Shown: positions 1-10,160, numbered from the stretch's first letter. The stretch is DNA of 64,000 nucleotides from an uncultured Parachlamydiaceae bacterium (GCA_963742415.1 CAVULX010000003.1:192001-256000); one strand, 5' to 3'. A program made the numbers and translations. Notes: generated by a model from the sequence alone, not told the origin.

Positions 1-107
1 ATATGGCGAGGGATTTTTCCTTTCGCAATGGGCGCCAGCTCTTCTAACGTAAAGCATTCCAATTCAGAAGTTTCCATTTGATTTTCGTTGACTAGGGCTC
101 TATTCAT
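1..107 (-). CDS. uppS: 5' end of probable isoprenyl transferase (undecaprenyl diphosphate synthase); runs off the window
   Basis: Manual translation gives MNRALVNENQMETSELECFTLEELAPIAKGKIPRH, and IPRH matches the UppS IPxH(I/V)AIIMDGN motif. The ATG overlaps the purA stop (ATGA). Confidence 0.6.
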   Translation of the reverse strand, partial: MNRALVNENQMETSELECFTLEELAPIAKGKIPRH

Positions 108-1408
108 AATTTAACTTTTGTAGTAAAGGGGTCTTTCAATGTGATCGTTTGCTCCCTTGCAGGTCCAAGCGAAATGATACTGATGGGAATCTCACATATG
201 CTTTCAATCATCTCAAAATATTTTTTGGCGTTATCTGGTAGATCATTATAATGGAGGATATCTTTTGTTGGACAGCGCCATCCTGGCATTGTTTGGTAAA
301 TGGGGGTGCATTGGCTTAAATCTTCAGCCAGGGAAGGGACATAGGGGCAAGGCTTTCCCTTGAGTTCGTAGCCGATGCAAATTTTTATCGATTCTAAAGA
401 GTCTAAGACATCTAACTTAGTCAAGGCTAAGGATTGCAAGCCATTCAGGCAGACGGCCGTCTTGGCCAATACCCCATCGAACCAGCCTATTCTCCGTTTT
501 CTTCCTGTCGTTGTCCCAAATTCTCTGGCAAGGTAGTGGTCGAGAAATTTTTCCCCTTCTTTTAATTCGGTGGGGAAAGGGCCATGGCCAACCCGCGTCG
601 TATAAGCCTTAAGGACACCTAAGGTGTGGTCGATCATGCTGGGCCCAATGCCGGCCCCGACACAGATCCCCCCTGCAGTGGTACTGGAGGAGCTGACATA
701 AGGATAGGTACCGGTTGTCGTATCTAAAAACGTTCCTTGGGCCCCTTCAAAGACGACATTTTCCCCGTTCTGGATGGCGCGATGGATCGCCTCTTCGGTT
801 TGGACGACGTAGGGCTTCAACTGTTCTGCATAGGAAGTATATTGTTGAAGGATTTCCGGATAGGACAAAAGAGGGTAGCCGTAGACTTTGGACAATTCTT
901 CGTTTTTCAGTTGGAGGATCTCTTTCAGCTTAGCGGGAAAAAGGTCTGGCCGGACGATTTCACCCATCCGAATCCCTAGGCGATCGGCTTTGTCTGCATA
1001 GCAGGGCCCTATTCCCCGCCCTGTGGTCCCTACGGAGAGGGGTCCTTTTTTCTTTTCCAATAATTGATCGATGAGGCGGTGATAGGGAAAGATGACATGT
1101 GATGCTGAGGAGATCCAAAGCCTTCCTTTAATGGCATGCCCTTTGGCTTCCAAAAATGTTATTTCTGCTATCAAAACTTCCGGATCGATCACTGTACCTG
1201 CAGCAATGTAACATTGGGTCGAAGGGTGGAGAACACCTGTAGGGATCAAATGCAGCTTGTATTCCGCTTCGCCAATTTTGATGGTGTGGCCGGCATTGTT
1301 TCCCCCTTGGCTGCGCACTACATGACGAGCATCGGAAGCAAGGATATCGACGATTTTGCCCTTTCCCTCATCGCCCCACTGTGCTCCGACGACAATAACA
1401 CTTGGCAT
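104..1408 (-). CDS. purA: Adenylosuccinate synthetase
   Basis: Motifs GAQWGDEGKGK, GGNNAGHT, GTTGRGIGP, EGAQG and EFGTTTGRKRR. Confidence 0.98.
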   Translation of the reverse strand: MPSVIVVGAQWGDEGKGKIVDILASDARHVVRSQGGNNAGHTIKIGEAEYKLHLIPTGVLHPSTQCYIAAGTVIDPEVLIAEITFLEAKGHAIKGRLWISSASHVIFPYHRLIDQLLEKKKGPLSVGTTGRGIGPCYADKADRLGIRMGEIVRPDLFPAKLKEILQLKNEELSKVYGYPLLSYPEILQQYTSYAEQLKPYVVQTEEAIHRAIQNGENVVFEGAQGTFLDTTTGTYPYVSSSSTTAGGICVGAGIGPSMIDHTLGVLKAYTTRVGHGPFPTELKEGEKFLDHYLAREFGTTTGRKRRIGWFDGVLAKTAVCLNGLQSLALTKLDVLDSLESIKICIGYELKGKPCPYVPSLAEDLSQCTPIYQTMPGWRCPTKDILHYNDLPDNAKKYFEMIESICEIPISIISLGPAREQTITLKDPFTTKVKL

Positions 1409-1423
1409 AATTGAATCTCCGCT

Positions 1424-3239
1424 TTAGTCGCCTGCTTTTAGAACTTCCATAAAGGCGCTTTGAGGAATATTGACTTTTCCGATTTCTTTCATCCGCTTTT
1501 TCCCTTTTTTCTGTTTTTCCCACAGCTTGCGTTTGCGGGTGATATCGCCTCCATAACATTTGGCTGTCACGTTTTTGGTGATGGCGCGGATGGTTTCGCG
1601 GGCAACGATTTTGCCTCCAATGGCTGCTTGGATAGGCACTTTGAACAGCTGCATCGGAATTACTTCGACTCAGTTTTGCGCAGATGGCGCGTCCTTTGCG
1701 ATTCAGCTTTGGAGCGATGGACGAGGCAGGAAAAGGCATCGACAGGCTCTTCGTTGACTTGGATTTCCAGCTTGATGATATCGCCTTCTTCATAGCTGTC
1801 GAATTCGTAATCAAAAGAGCCGTAGCCTTTGGTGATCGATTTGAGCTTGTCGTTGAAATCGGTGATGATTTCTTTAAGAGGAAAGCGGTAGGTCAGCAGC
1901 AGTCGTTTGGCATCCATGGTTTCTGTTTTGATGCAAACGCCCCGCTTTTCCATTCCCAGGCTCATGATGGCCCCCAGATATTCGGAAGGGGCCATGATGT
2001 GGCATTTCACCCAAGGCTCTTCGACCCATTCGATATGGCTGGGATCGGGATAATGGGCCGGGTTATCGACTTCCATCGGTGGTGCCATCATGCAGCGTAA
2101 ATTTATAGATGACGCTTGGAGCAGTAGAAATGATATCGATGTCAAATTCGCGTTGAATCCTCTCAAAGACAATTTCCAGGTGCAAGAAGCCTAGGAAGCC
2201 GCAGCGAAACCCAAATCCTAAGGCCATGCTGCTTTCCTGTTCGATATGGAGGGCGGAATCATTGAGCTGCAGCTTGACTAAAGCATCGCGCAGCGCTTCA
2301 AAATCGGTGGAATCGATCGGGTAAATCCCTGCAAAAACGACCGGAGTGATCAGTCGAAACCCAGGAAGAGGCTCTTGGGCAGGGTATTTTTGCAGGGTAA
2401 TCGTATCGCCAATTTTGACATCGGCTGGTAATTTTGATGTTGGCGACGATGTAGCCGACTTCTCCTGGACGCAGCACATCAACAGGCGTTTCTTTGGGAG
2501 TAAATTTTCCTACTTCAAGCACTTCAAAAGTTTTTGCCCGTGGCCATCATCTTGATCTCAGAGCCCTTTTTTGATTTCGCCGCTGATGATGCGGATATAG
2601 ACCATGACTCCACGGTAGATGTCATAGTGGGAATCAAAAACAAGGGCCCTTAAAATATCATCTGCAGGCTCTTTCGGCGGGGGAACCTGGGATAAAATCC
2701 TTTCGAGGATTTCATCGAATCCCTATGCCTGATTTAGCGGAGCAGCAGATCGCATCCGAAGCATCTAGTCCAATGACATCTTCAATTTGCTTGCGGACTC
2801 CTTCAACATCGGCGGTGGGCAGATCGATTTTGTTGATGACAGGAACAATTTCCAGGTTGCGTTCGAGGGCCAAATGGACATTGGCCAAGCTTTGCGCTTG
2901 GACCCCTTGCCCGGCATCGACAACCAGAAGAGCCCCTTCACAGGCAGCTAAAGAGCGGGAAACTTCATAGGTGAAATCGACATGGCCGGGTGTGTCGATC
3001 AGATTGATTTGATAAGTTTCCCCATCTTTGGCCTTGTAAAGCATCGTTACGGGATGCGCTTTAATGGTGATTCCCCGCTCCCTTTCGAGGTCCATGTCAT
3101 CGAGAACTTGCTCTTGCATTTCGCGGGCTGCGACCGTATGGGTTAGTTCTAGCAGGCGGTCGGCGAGGGTCGATTTGCCATGGTCGATATGGGCAATAAT
3201 GGAAAAATTGCGGATTTTTTTTATGTTATAAATGAACAT
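1424..3239 (-). CDS. lepA: Elongation factor 4 (LepA), split by about 7 single-base insertions (probably sequencing errors)
   Basis: Fragments in correct order: [61 protein letters not shown]. Confidence 0.95.
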
Positions 3240-3263
3240 TTTAAAAGAGATTAATAGTTTAGA

Positions 3264-3317
3264 CTTCGGTATCAGTTTACTTTATCAGTGTGTTCTTCGG
3301 TATCAGTTTACTTTATC
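3264..3317. repeat. 23-bp direct repeat (CTTCGGTATCAGTTTACTTTATC x2, 8-bp spacer) upstream of lepA
   Basis: Exact copies at 3264-3286 and 3295-3317. Confidence 0.85.
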
Positions 3318-3337
3318 TGGCTTATGATTACAAGAAA

Positions 3338-3971
3338 TCACTTTTGAATGATGCAGATTAAATCACCCTGTTGAATCAGATAATCTTCACACTATTCTTC
3401 AAGCAAACATTCGAAATGCTAAAAAAGTATTTGTTGAAAGGAAGGTCGTGAAGTTCCCATTTTAATCCCTCCGAAGAAACCCCTTCGACAGGACCACCAA
3501 TGTGGATGAAAGAAATGGTTTGCCCTGGATAACAGGGGATCTCTGCCATGTCATCGCATGCGAAGACAAGTTCTGTTTCAGATTCAAGAAAAACTTTCCC
3601 TGGGATAGCGCCGTATAATATGGAGGTTTGTTAAGGAGTGGTCTAGTCGGTGCCCCAACGCTCCAAACAGCGTTATCTTATCCACTTCGGGAGTAAACAC
3701 AGCTTGAATGGCCAGCTCCAGATCAGTTTCATTTTTTTCTGTGTCAAAATAGCGCGCCGGCACATCTTGATAATATTCCAAGAGTTCAGGACGGATAGAG
3801 TCTCCATCTCCGATGATCATCGCTGGGCGGATCCCCATCCGATGGCAATGGTTAAGACCCCCGTCGACCGCGACAATCATGCTATAGGGAGCAATTAGAG
3901 CGGAAATTTGTCGATCATTTTGAATGAGCGCCATTGGCTACAATGGCAATGGTGTGCCGAGAAGCTTTCAT
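3338..3971 (-). CDS. thiN: Thiamine pyrophosphokinase, frameshifted (probably sequencing errors)
   Basis: IAIVANG, VAVDGGLNH, IIGDGDSI, KNETDLELA and GALGHRLDHSLTN; the C-terminal part (FSISNV) continues in other frames. Confidence 0.85.
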
Positions 3972-3996
3972 AGATGATATCCCGCAATCTAAATGA

Positions 3997-4080
3997 TGCG
4001 GCCAAGATGACTCGAACATCCACCGAGTTGCCCCGACTAGAACCTGAATCTAGCGCGTCTACCAATTCCGCCATGGCCGC
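3997..4080 (-). tRNA. tRNA-Leu(CAG)
   Basis: Reverse complement reads GCGGCCATGGCGGAATTGGTAGACGCG CTAGA-TTCAGGT-TCTAG, then a long variable arm, GTTCGAGT and TGGCCGCA. Confidence 0.97.
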
Positions 4081-4151
4081 AAAATGAATAGAGTATAGGA
4101 ATCTTGTTATTTCTACACAATGGGAAAATGGACCTCTCGGCTTTTCTCAGT

Positions 4152-4224
4152 TATACCGAACGTGACTCAAAAATTGGGATTTGGAGCATGTCAAAACCCC
4201 AATTTTTGAGTCACGTTCGGTATA
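4152..4224. repeat. 73-bp palindromic MITE-like element (family D)
   Basis: TATACCGAACGTGACTCAAAAATTGGG ... CCCAATTTTTGAGTCACGTTCGGTATA (27-bp perfect inverted repeat). The arm recurs at 42624-42645. Confidence 0.85.
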
Positions 4225-4315
4225 TATTTATTAAAAAGCAATTGATTTTTTTATAATAATCGTGATAAACTCTTATCTTTTGAAATTAATAATAATAAAA
4301 CAGTAAGAAATTTAT

Positions 4316-6553
4316 ATGTACATTGATCAAATAAACTCAAATCAAGAAATCCATTATACAATTTTACCAAACAATCAAAAGAGTGATGAAGTTCATTTAA
4401 CGGAAAATGTGAGCTACATCCTCAAAAATGAACCAGAAAACACCTCAGAAAAAAAAGAAGCCCAAAAAAATGAATTGAATTTAGAACTATATCTATATGA
4501 AGATATTTCCCTTCTAATAGATTATATTTCACAAGAGATCAAACAATTGTCGTTACCTTTCGAAGGGACCCCGAATGTTAGTTCGGATGATGAAATTCGA
4601 AATATCGTTTCAAAAGCTCTTGCTGACATCCGGTGTATTGCCGAATTAAATCTCTATGATTCTAGGAATGTTCAGGATATTGAGGCTATTCTACACATGT
4701 TATCTTTTGGCTATTTAGAACGGAATCGCCTTGCTGAGCATCATGTTTTCAATTCTATTCTTAGTAAAAATATCGAAAAAGTTCCTCCCAACGAGCGTTT
4801 CATTGTCGTTGAACATTTGAATAAGCTTGGGAATTTACATCAATCTATTATAAACTTTAAACCTTGCTTTATTAATTTATTAAATTCTTTAGAAGATACA
4901 TATTCATTAGAACTCTTTAATGACACAGATTTTATTAAAATGAAGCATATTATTGAAGTTGCTGAAAAAATATTGCAAATGATTGAAAAAAAGCGGCAAG
5001 CGCATGCCCTTCATTTCTTTAACTGGGAAAAGGATAAAACCAAAGCTGAATTTTTGATGCAAACGATCGACGCCCTGCATTTAAATGAATTGAATAAACT
5101 GGAAAAACTATTGACGAGGATGAAAGAAAAGCTCCGCTTTTTTGGTTTTCATGATTCCATCCCCATGGAAAAAGAATCCCGTTTTCCCTCATTAAAAAAC
5201 AAAAAAGTCGTAATTTTTACCTGCAGCTTTGGCACAGGGCATAAAGTGACCGCAGGAGCTATCAAACATACACTGCAGCAAGCTCAAGCTAAAGTTTCCA
5301 TCCATGATTTATCTCTGGGAGCGCTTTTGGGACAGGATTCATATCGTTTTATTTTTAAAAAATTACAAGTTAATTATGAAAACCACCCTCTAAATAGCGT
5401 AGACCTATTTAATGAAATTTTAAAAAGGCAACTCTATTTTGTCGTTAATGCGCTCGATGAAACCGACTTTTTCGTTCGTCAATCTCTCTATCTCTCCGGA
5501 AAAAATGGGGTGGCTTCAGCTGTGGGGGTACTCAACAACAGTTGGGCAAAAACTCAGATTAGAAATCTGCTCCTCTTTGAAAGGCCTGATCATATCATTA
5601 CAGCTTATCACATGGATTTAAATCCTATTTTAGAAGTTGCTGAAGAGCTCGGCATCCCCGTATTACATGTACCCACAGATTATAACATGAAGTTTTGGGA
5701 GGTTTTCGGTGAACAGCCACCCACTTACCCCCATTTTAAAAGCTTGATCCCAAATACTGGAATAGACAGAACCTATAAAACGAAAGCACCGCTATTTTCT
5801 GAGCATGTAGTGGAAGGGGTCGGGATCCCTTTGCGAGAGGAATTTTATTCTTCGTTAACACAAGAAGAAGCCTTATCTTACAGGCAACGACGAGGAATCA
5901 AAGAGGAAGAAAAAGTGATCTTTTTATCTGCTGGTGGAAATGGTCAAAATCTCCCCCACCCTGAGTTGTTGGCTAACAGCACAACTTGGAAAAATCCCAC
6001 CCGAATCGAAATTATTGCTGGCAAAAACCGGGAATTTGTCCAATCCTTGCAACAAACATTAAAACCTGTGAATGGCAATCCTTTATTACTCCATGGAACA
6101 AACCCCTATGTCACTGTGGAGGTTGTGGCTAACCCCGATAAAAGCAAAATAGGAACGGAGGAGGAATATTTTATTCCGGCAAAAGAGCTTTCGAAAATAT
6201 TAGATATCACCGATGTCAGCATCGCCAAAGCGGGCGGCTTATCTGTATCAGAGCTTCTTTTCAAAGGGGTTCCCATTTTGTTTGACCATCGCAAAACCCC
6301 CTTTACCTGGGAGTTATTCAACATTGAAGTCACCGTTGAGGAGAATATGGGCAATAGCAATTTCTATTTAAGTGATTTAGAAAACGATTTGCAAAATATT
6401 CTACAAAGCCCAACTGGCAACAAAGAACATTTCCATTTCGAAAAAAGCCGTGAAATTCTCTGTGAAACTATTAAAGATCAAATTCATCAAGCTGAACAAG
6501 ACGTGGAAATAGCTGACAGAAGAGGCGACCTGCTTTTTCCATTAGAGTTCTAA
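4316..6553 (+). CDS. GT28-like (MGDG synthase/UgtP family) glycosyltransferase with ~295-aa N-terminal extension
   Basis: VVIFTCSFGTGHKVTA, PDHIITAYH, VPTDY, GIPLREEF, IAGKNRE and DVSIAKAGGLSVSELLFKGVP. Confidence 0.75.
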   Translation: MYIDQINSNQEIHYTILPNNQKSDEVHLTENVSYILKNEPENTSEKKEAQKNELNLELYLYEDISLLIDYISQEIKQLSLPFEGTPNVSSDDEIRNIVSKALADIRCIAELNLYDSRNVQDIEAILHMLSFGYLERNRLAEHHVFNSILSKNIEKVPPNERFIVVEHLNKLGNLHQSIINFKPCFINLLNSLEDTYSLELFNDTDFIKMKHIIEVAEKILQMIEKKRQAHALHFFNWEKDKTKAEFLMQTIDALHLNELNKLEKLLTRMKEKLRFFGFHDSIPMEKESRFPSLKNKKVVIFTCSFGTGHKVTAGAIKHTLQQAQAKVSIHDLSLGALLGQDSYRFIFKKLQVNYENHPLNSVDLFNEILKRQLYFVVNALDETDFFVRQSLYLSGKNGVASAVGVLNNSWAKTQIRNLLLFERPDHIITAYHMDLNPILEVAEELGIPVLHVPTDYNMKFWEVFGEQPPTYPHFKSLIPNTGIDRTYKTKAPLFSEHVVEGVGIPLREEFYSSLTQEEALSYRQRRGIKEEEKVIFLSAGGNGQNLPHPELLANSTTWKNPTRIEIIAGKNREFVQSLQQTLKPVNGNPLLLHGTNPYVTVEVVANPDKSKIGTEEEYFIPAKELSKILDITDVSIAKAGGLSVSELLFKGVPILFDHRKTPFTWELFNIEVTVEENMGNSNFYLSDLENDLQNILQSPTGNKEHFHFEKSREILCETIKDQIHQAEQDVEIADRRGDLLFPLEF

Positions 6554-6556
6554 CCA

Positions 6557-6991
6557 AACGCGAGTTTGGGATAAAGGTCTTTCAATCCTAAACTACTAAT
6601 GATCAAATAGACAATCTCTCGGAATTTGCTTTGCCTAAACTTTAGTCTCGACACACTTTAGCCGTTAAAATTACCACAGAGCCCACAGAAAACACAGAGA
6701 GGGTATTATATCTTCATTCGACAAATGCCTTCTACTAATCGCTTTACATTAAAATTAATAAGCAATTCTCGAGTACAGGTTCTACAATTACCTGATCCTC
6801 CTATTTCTTCAGATATGTCTGGATTAATTAAATAATTCATAAGACCACTCTCTGTGTTTTCTGTGGGCTCTGTGGTAGTTTATTTCATCTAACAACCCGC
6901 TCAAAGTCTTTTCACAAGCAAAACAACAAAAGCAAGGATTACTATATGCAAGCTGGTATTGAGCTTTCTTTCGCAATCCAAAACTCGCGTT
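6557..6991. mobile_element. 435-bp non-autonomous MITE-like element with 16-bp terminal inverted repeats, 5-bp flanking duplication and an internal 30-bp inverted repeat
   Basis: Ends AACGCGAGTTTGGGAT / ATCCAAAACTCGCGTT (15/16 match), with AACCA on both flanks. Inner perfect inverted repeat at 6672-6701 / 6848-6877. Confidence 0.7.
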
Positions 6992-7044
6992 AACCAAGCC
7001 AAAACAGCTTTGTACCAGAAAAAAGAGGCGTTTTCTGAAAGATT

Positions 7045-8541
7045 TTATAGATTGTGCAAAATAATTTTCGAAACGCTCCCTGCTGTTACGCATGCATTGA
7101 AGAAAATATTCATCGTCTCCCGATAATAATTAACAGCATAATTCTTTGGAAAAGATCGCCCAGGGGTCAAGCTAATAGACTCCACATCGAGGGTCATTAG
7201 ATTACGAAGAAATTCTGGATCTTCTGTAGATGTAACCACAACCGACATGATAGGAAATACATCATCCATTCTAAATTCATTACCGGCATAGCGGGAACAA
7301 CATTCGTTTTTAAAATCGATGAACATCAGGACTTTTTTCCTGGGGTTGCTTTCTTTACAAAAACGAGCGGCAAATTCTTTAGCCTCTGCTTTAATGCTAA
7401 GATCTCGGACCACCTTCTTTCCAGGATCTTCCGGCTGCCCAGGACCTTTTGGATGTTTATTACCACTTGCGGTTTCATTATAAAAAACAATCATTTTCTT
7501 TTTTGCATAAGGATCAAATTTCTCGCGAATTTGTCTCTGAACAATCTCTAGATCCTCTTTAGTTTTAACCTGATTAAGTTTCTCATATAATTCCGTAAGC
7601 TCAGCATGTTCTTTGTCGGCCTCAGGGATGGCATCTATCAATCGCTTACAAATATTTTTTTCTTTCCTTAAAGCAAGGGCTTCTTCTTGTCTCTCAATTT
7701 TTCTAATTTGTTTTTGAATAAGGGCTTGCGCATAATTTTTTCGGTTTTGTAATGCAATATTCTGCTTTTCTCCAAACCTAGCAATGATATCATCCACATA
7801 CTGATCAACCATGTCTTCCTTTAAGCCAACATTGTCGTCGCTAATGAGTTTATTAATAAATCGAAGATTATCCTTTAATATCTCCGATGTGTCAAAATTG
7901 TTTTGATTAGCTAGTTCCGGCAACTGATCAGCTAGTACTGAAGTCGCATTTAAAACATCGGGAAAATGTTTATTCAATTCTAAATATAGATAATTAAGCA
8001 GATCCATATAGAGATCTTTTGGGTTTTGTGTTTCTATTAATTCTTTCTTCAATCTATTTTGCAAACGTTCACTTTCTAAAGGTGCATAAAATTCAAGAAA
8101 ATCGAGAAGCTCAGAACTAGAATTTGCTAAGCGGGAATTTTCCGGAGTTTGGATTGAAGATATTATTAATTCGTTTTTTATAGCTGCCTTCAAAGGCTCA
8201 AGTTTTTCCCTAGTTGAAATCTCCGTATTTGAAAGAGTCCCTGCGAATTTTTTCCATAGATGGATGATTTTGTTAACCATCTTTCCTAGAACACCCTCCT
8301 TTGAAGAAGCCTCTTGGATGATTTGAATATCTGCACTTAATTGATAGAGTTGAGGGCGAGACAAATGAGCATCCTCTAACTCGTTAACTGCTTGATTTAC
8401 AATGGCTTCTATCGATTGATTATTTAAATTACTGGAGATCTCATTTAGATATTCGTCTTTATATCCATTTTTTTCAATATTATGGACACATTGATGAAAT
8501 GCATCTACTATTCTTGAAGGTTCTGTAACGACTATTTTCAT
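7045..8541 (-). CDS. Hypothetical coiled-coil protein with C-terminal VPS9-like motifs; candidate effector
   Basis: 498-aa AT-rich ORF; C-terminus SNPRKKV...MDDVFPIMSVVV...NYYRETM resembles the VPS9 consensus. Confidence 0.55.
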   Translation of the reverse strand: MKIVVTEPSRIVDAFHQCVHNIEKNGYKDEYLNEISSNLNNQSIEAIVNQAVNELEDAHLSRPQLYQLSADIQIIQEASSKEGVLGKMVNKIIHLWKKFAGTLSNTEISTREKLEPLKAAIKNELIISSIQTPENSRLANSSSELLDFLEFYAPLESERLQNRLKKELIETQNPKDLYMDLLNYLYLELNKHFPDVLNATSVLADQLPELANQNNFDTSEILKDNLRFINKLISDDNVGLKEDMVDQYVDDIIARFGEKQNIALQNRKNYAQALIQKQIRKIERQEEALALRKEKNICKRLIDAIPEADKEHAELTELYEKLNQVKTKEDLEIVQRQIREKFDPYAKKKMIVFYNETASGNKHPKGPGQPEDPGKKVVRDLSIKAEAKEFAARFCKESNPRKKVLMFIDFKNECCSRYAGNEFRMDDVFPIMSVVVTSTEDPEFLRNLMTLDVESISLTPGRSFPKNYAVNYYRETMNIFFNACVTAGSVSKIILHNL

Positions 8542-8625
8542 AGGATTATAATGTTTTATTAAATTTCTAATTATTTAGTTAATAATTATTATACTATATA
8601 ATTATTTTTTTAAATATTAAATAAC

Positions 8626-8770
8626 TAATGTAAATTGAAAATTACTGAGTGTAATCAAGTTTAAAAAACCTCTGGGTTCTCTGTGATCTCTGTGGTTTAT
8701 TAAAATTCAACCACAGAGATCACAGAGAACACAGAGAGACAATAAATTTTATTATTTGCAACTTACGTTA
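8626..8770. repeat. ~140-bp MITE-like palindromic repeat, family A copy 1
   Basis: Ends TAATGTAAATTG / CAACTTACGTTA with internal hairpin CTCTGTGATCTCTGTGGTT / AACCACAGAGATCACAGAG. Near-identical copies at 31370 and 46170. Confidence 0.9.
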
Positions 8771-8866
8771 AATATTAACTTTTTATAAAAACGTTTAATC
8801 ATTTTTTACTTTGAAAAAAATGAAAAAAAAGGTACTTTATAACTAATCTTTTTTAAACTGTTTTAT

Positions 8867-10015
8867 ATGCCCTCTATATACACAAAAACGAACCCCTTCC
8901 TTGCTACAATTAAAGAGAGATACCCCCTCTGCAAACCGGGTTCTTCAAAATATACCCATCATGTTGTGTTAGACCTCAAAGGATCTGAAATTGCCCATGA
9001 GGTGGGGGATAGCATCGCCATTTTCCCCGAGCATGACCCTATCTTAGTTCAACGCACGCTCAAAGCTTTAGGGATGACAGGGGCAGAAATCATTCTCGAT
9101 AAACACACGGGGGAATCTGTCAGCCTGCAGATCTTTTTAACCAAGCTTGCAAATATCACTGACATCAACCGTAAACTATTGCAGGAGACTGCTTTACGAC
9201 AAAACAACCCCAAAAAGAAAGAGCATTTGCAATTTTTAATCGGTGAGGAGAACAAAGACGCTTTAAAAGAATACCTTTCGAAAAGGGAATTGTGGGATTT
9301 TTTAGAGGAAAACAATGAAGTTGTCTTCACCCCAGAGGAGATTTCGCTCCTTATTCAGCCGATGCTCCCCCGCTTTTACTCCATTGCTTCTTCAATGGAA
9401 GCCGTTGGGGAAGAGGTCCATTTAACAGTTTCTTATGTGAAATATACTTCTCATAATCAATTGCGCCTAGGGGTTTGCAGCCACTATTTATGTGATTTGG
9501 CTCCCTTAAACCAAGCTGTCATCCCCGTTTATATTCAATCCCATCGTGGATTTACCCTGCCGACAAATTCCTCTTCAGCTTTGATCATGATAGGCCCGGG
9601 AACAGGAATCGCCCCCTACCGAGGATTTATGCAGGAACGGATGGTGAAAGGGGCTACAGGGAAAAATTGGCTTTTTTTTGGCGAATGCAACCGCGCCTAT
9701 GACTATTTTTACGAGGAATTTTGGGAAAAGCTGAAAGCTGAGGGAAAGTTAAACATCGATCTGGCTTTTTCCCGGGATCAAGAGCATAAAATCTATGTCC
9801 AACATCGGATGTTGGAACAATCTGAAAAATTATTTCAATGGCTCGAGGCAGGAGCTTACCTGTTTGTTTGCGGCGATGCCCACCGGATGGCCAAAGACGT
9901 GGACGCCGTTCTCCATCAAATTATTCAAGAACAGGGGCGCATGGATGAACAAGCGGTTAAAGCTTACGTAAAAAGATTGCGAGCCGAAAAGCGATATCTT
10001 CGTGATGTTTATTAG
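8867..10015 (+). CDS. cysJ: CysJ-like FAD/NADPH-dependent oxidoreductase lacking the N-terminal flavodoxin domain
   Basis: PRFYSIASS, GVCSHYL, IMIGPGTGIAPYRGF, AFSRDQ.KIYVQH and YLRDVY. Confidence 0.85.
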   Translation: MPSIYTKTNPFLATIKERYPLCKPGSSKYTHHVVLDLKGSEIAHEVGDSIAIFPEHDPILVQRTLKALGMTGAEIILDKHTGESVSLQIFLTKLANITDINRKLLQETALRQNNPKKKEHLQFLIGEENKDALKEYLSKRELWDFLEENNEVVFTPEEISLLIQPMLPRFYSIASSMEAVGEEVHLTVSYVKYTSHNQLRLGVCSHYLCDLAPLNQAVIPVYIQSHRGFTLPTNSSSALIMIGPGTGIAPYRGFMQERMVKGATGKNWLFFGECNRAYDYFYEEFWEKLKAEGKLNIDLAFSRDQEHKIYVQHRMLEQSEKLFQWLEAGAYLFVCGDAHRMAKDVDAVLHQIIQEQGRMDEQAVKAYVKRLRAEKRYLRDVY

Positions 10016-10160
10016 TGTGGGTTTTGATTTTTTTCTCCTCTCATCCTAATCACTAACAATTTTTCCTCGAACTAAAAATTTAAAGCAATAATTGTTGTTT
10101 ATTTTTTTATATTAAAACTGTTATATTTGTTTTTCTATTTTTAATAAACTGGAGAATGGA

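Noticed and set aside
1424-3239. Genuine lepA pseudogene or programmed frameshifting
   Set aside because: Many scattered insertions without consistent slippery sites, also affecting the neighbouring gene, while the protein sequence is otherwise conserved; this fits sequencing error.
6824-7093. 89-aa ORF, and similar short ORFs at 13302, 25405 and 46361
   Set aside because: They run through palindromic or structured non-coding DNA and have no protein motifs.
4081-8866. Prophage or integrative element at tRNA-Leu
   Set aside because: No integrase, no phage genes and no duplicated tRNA 3' end were seen.
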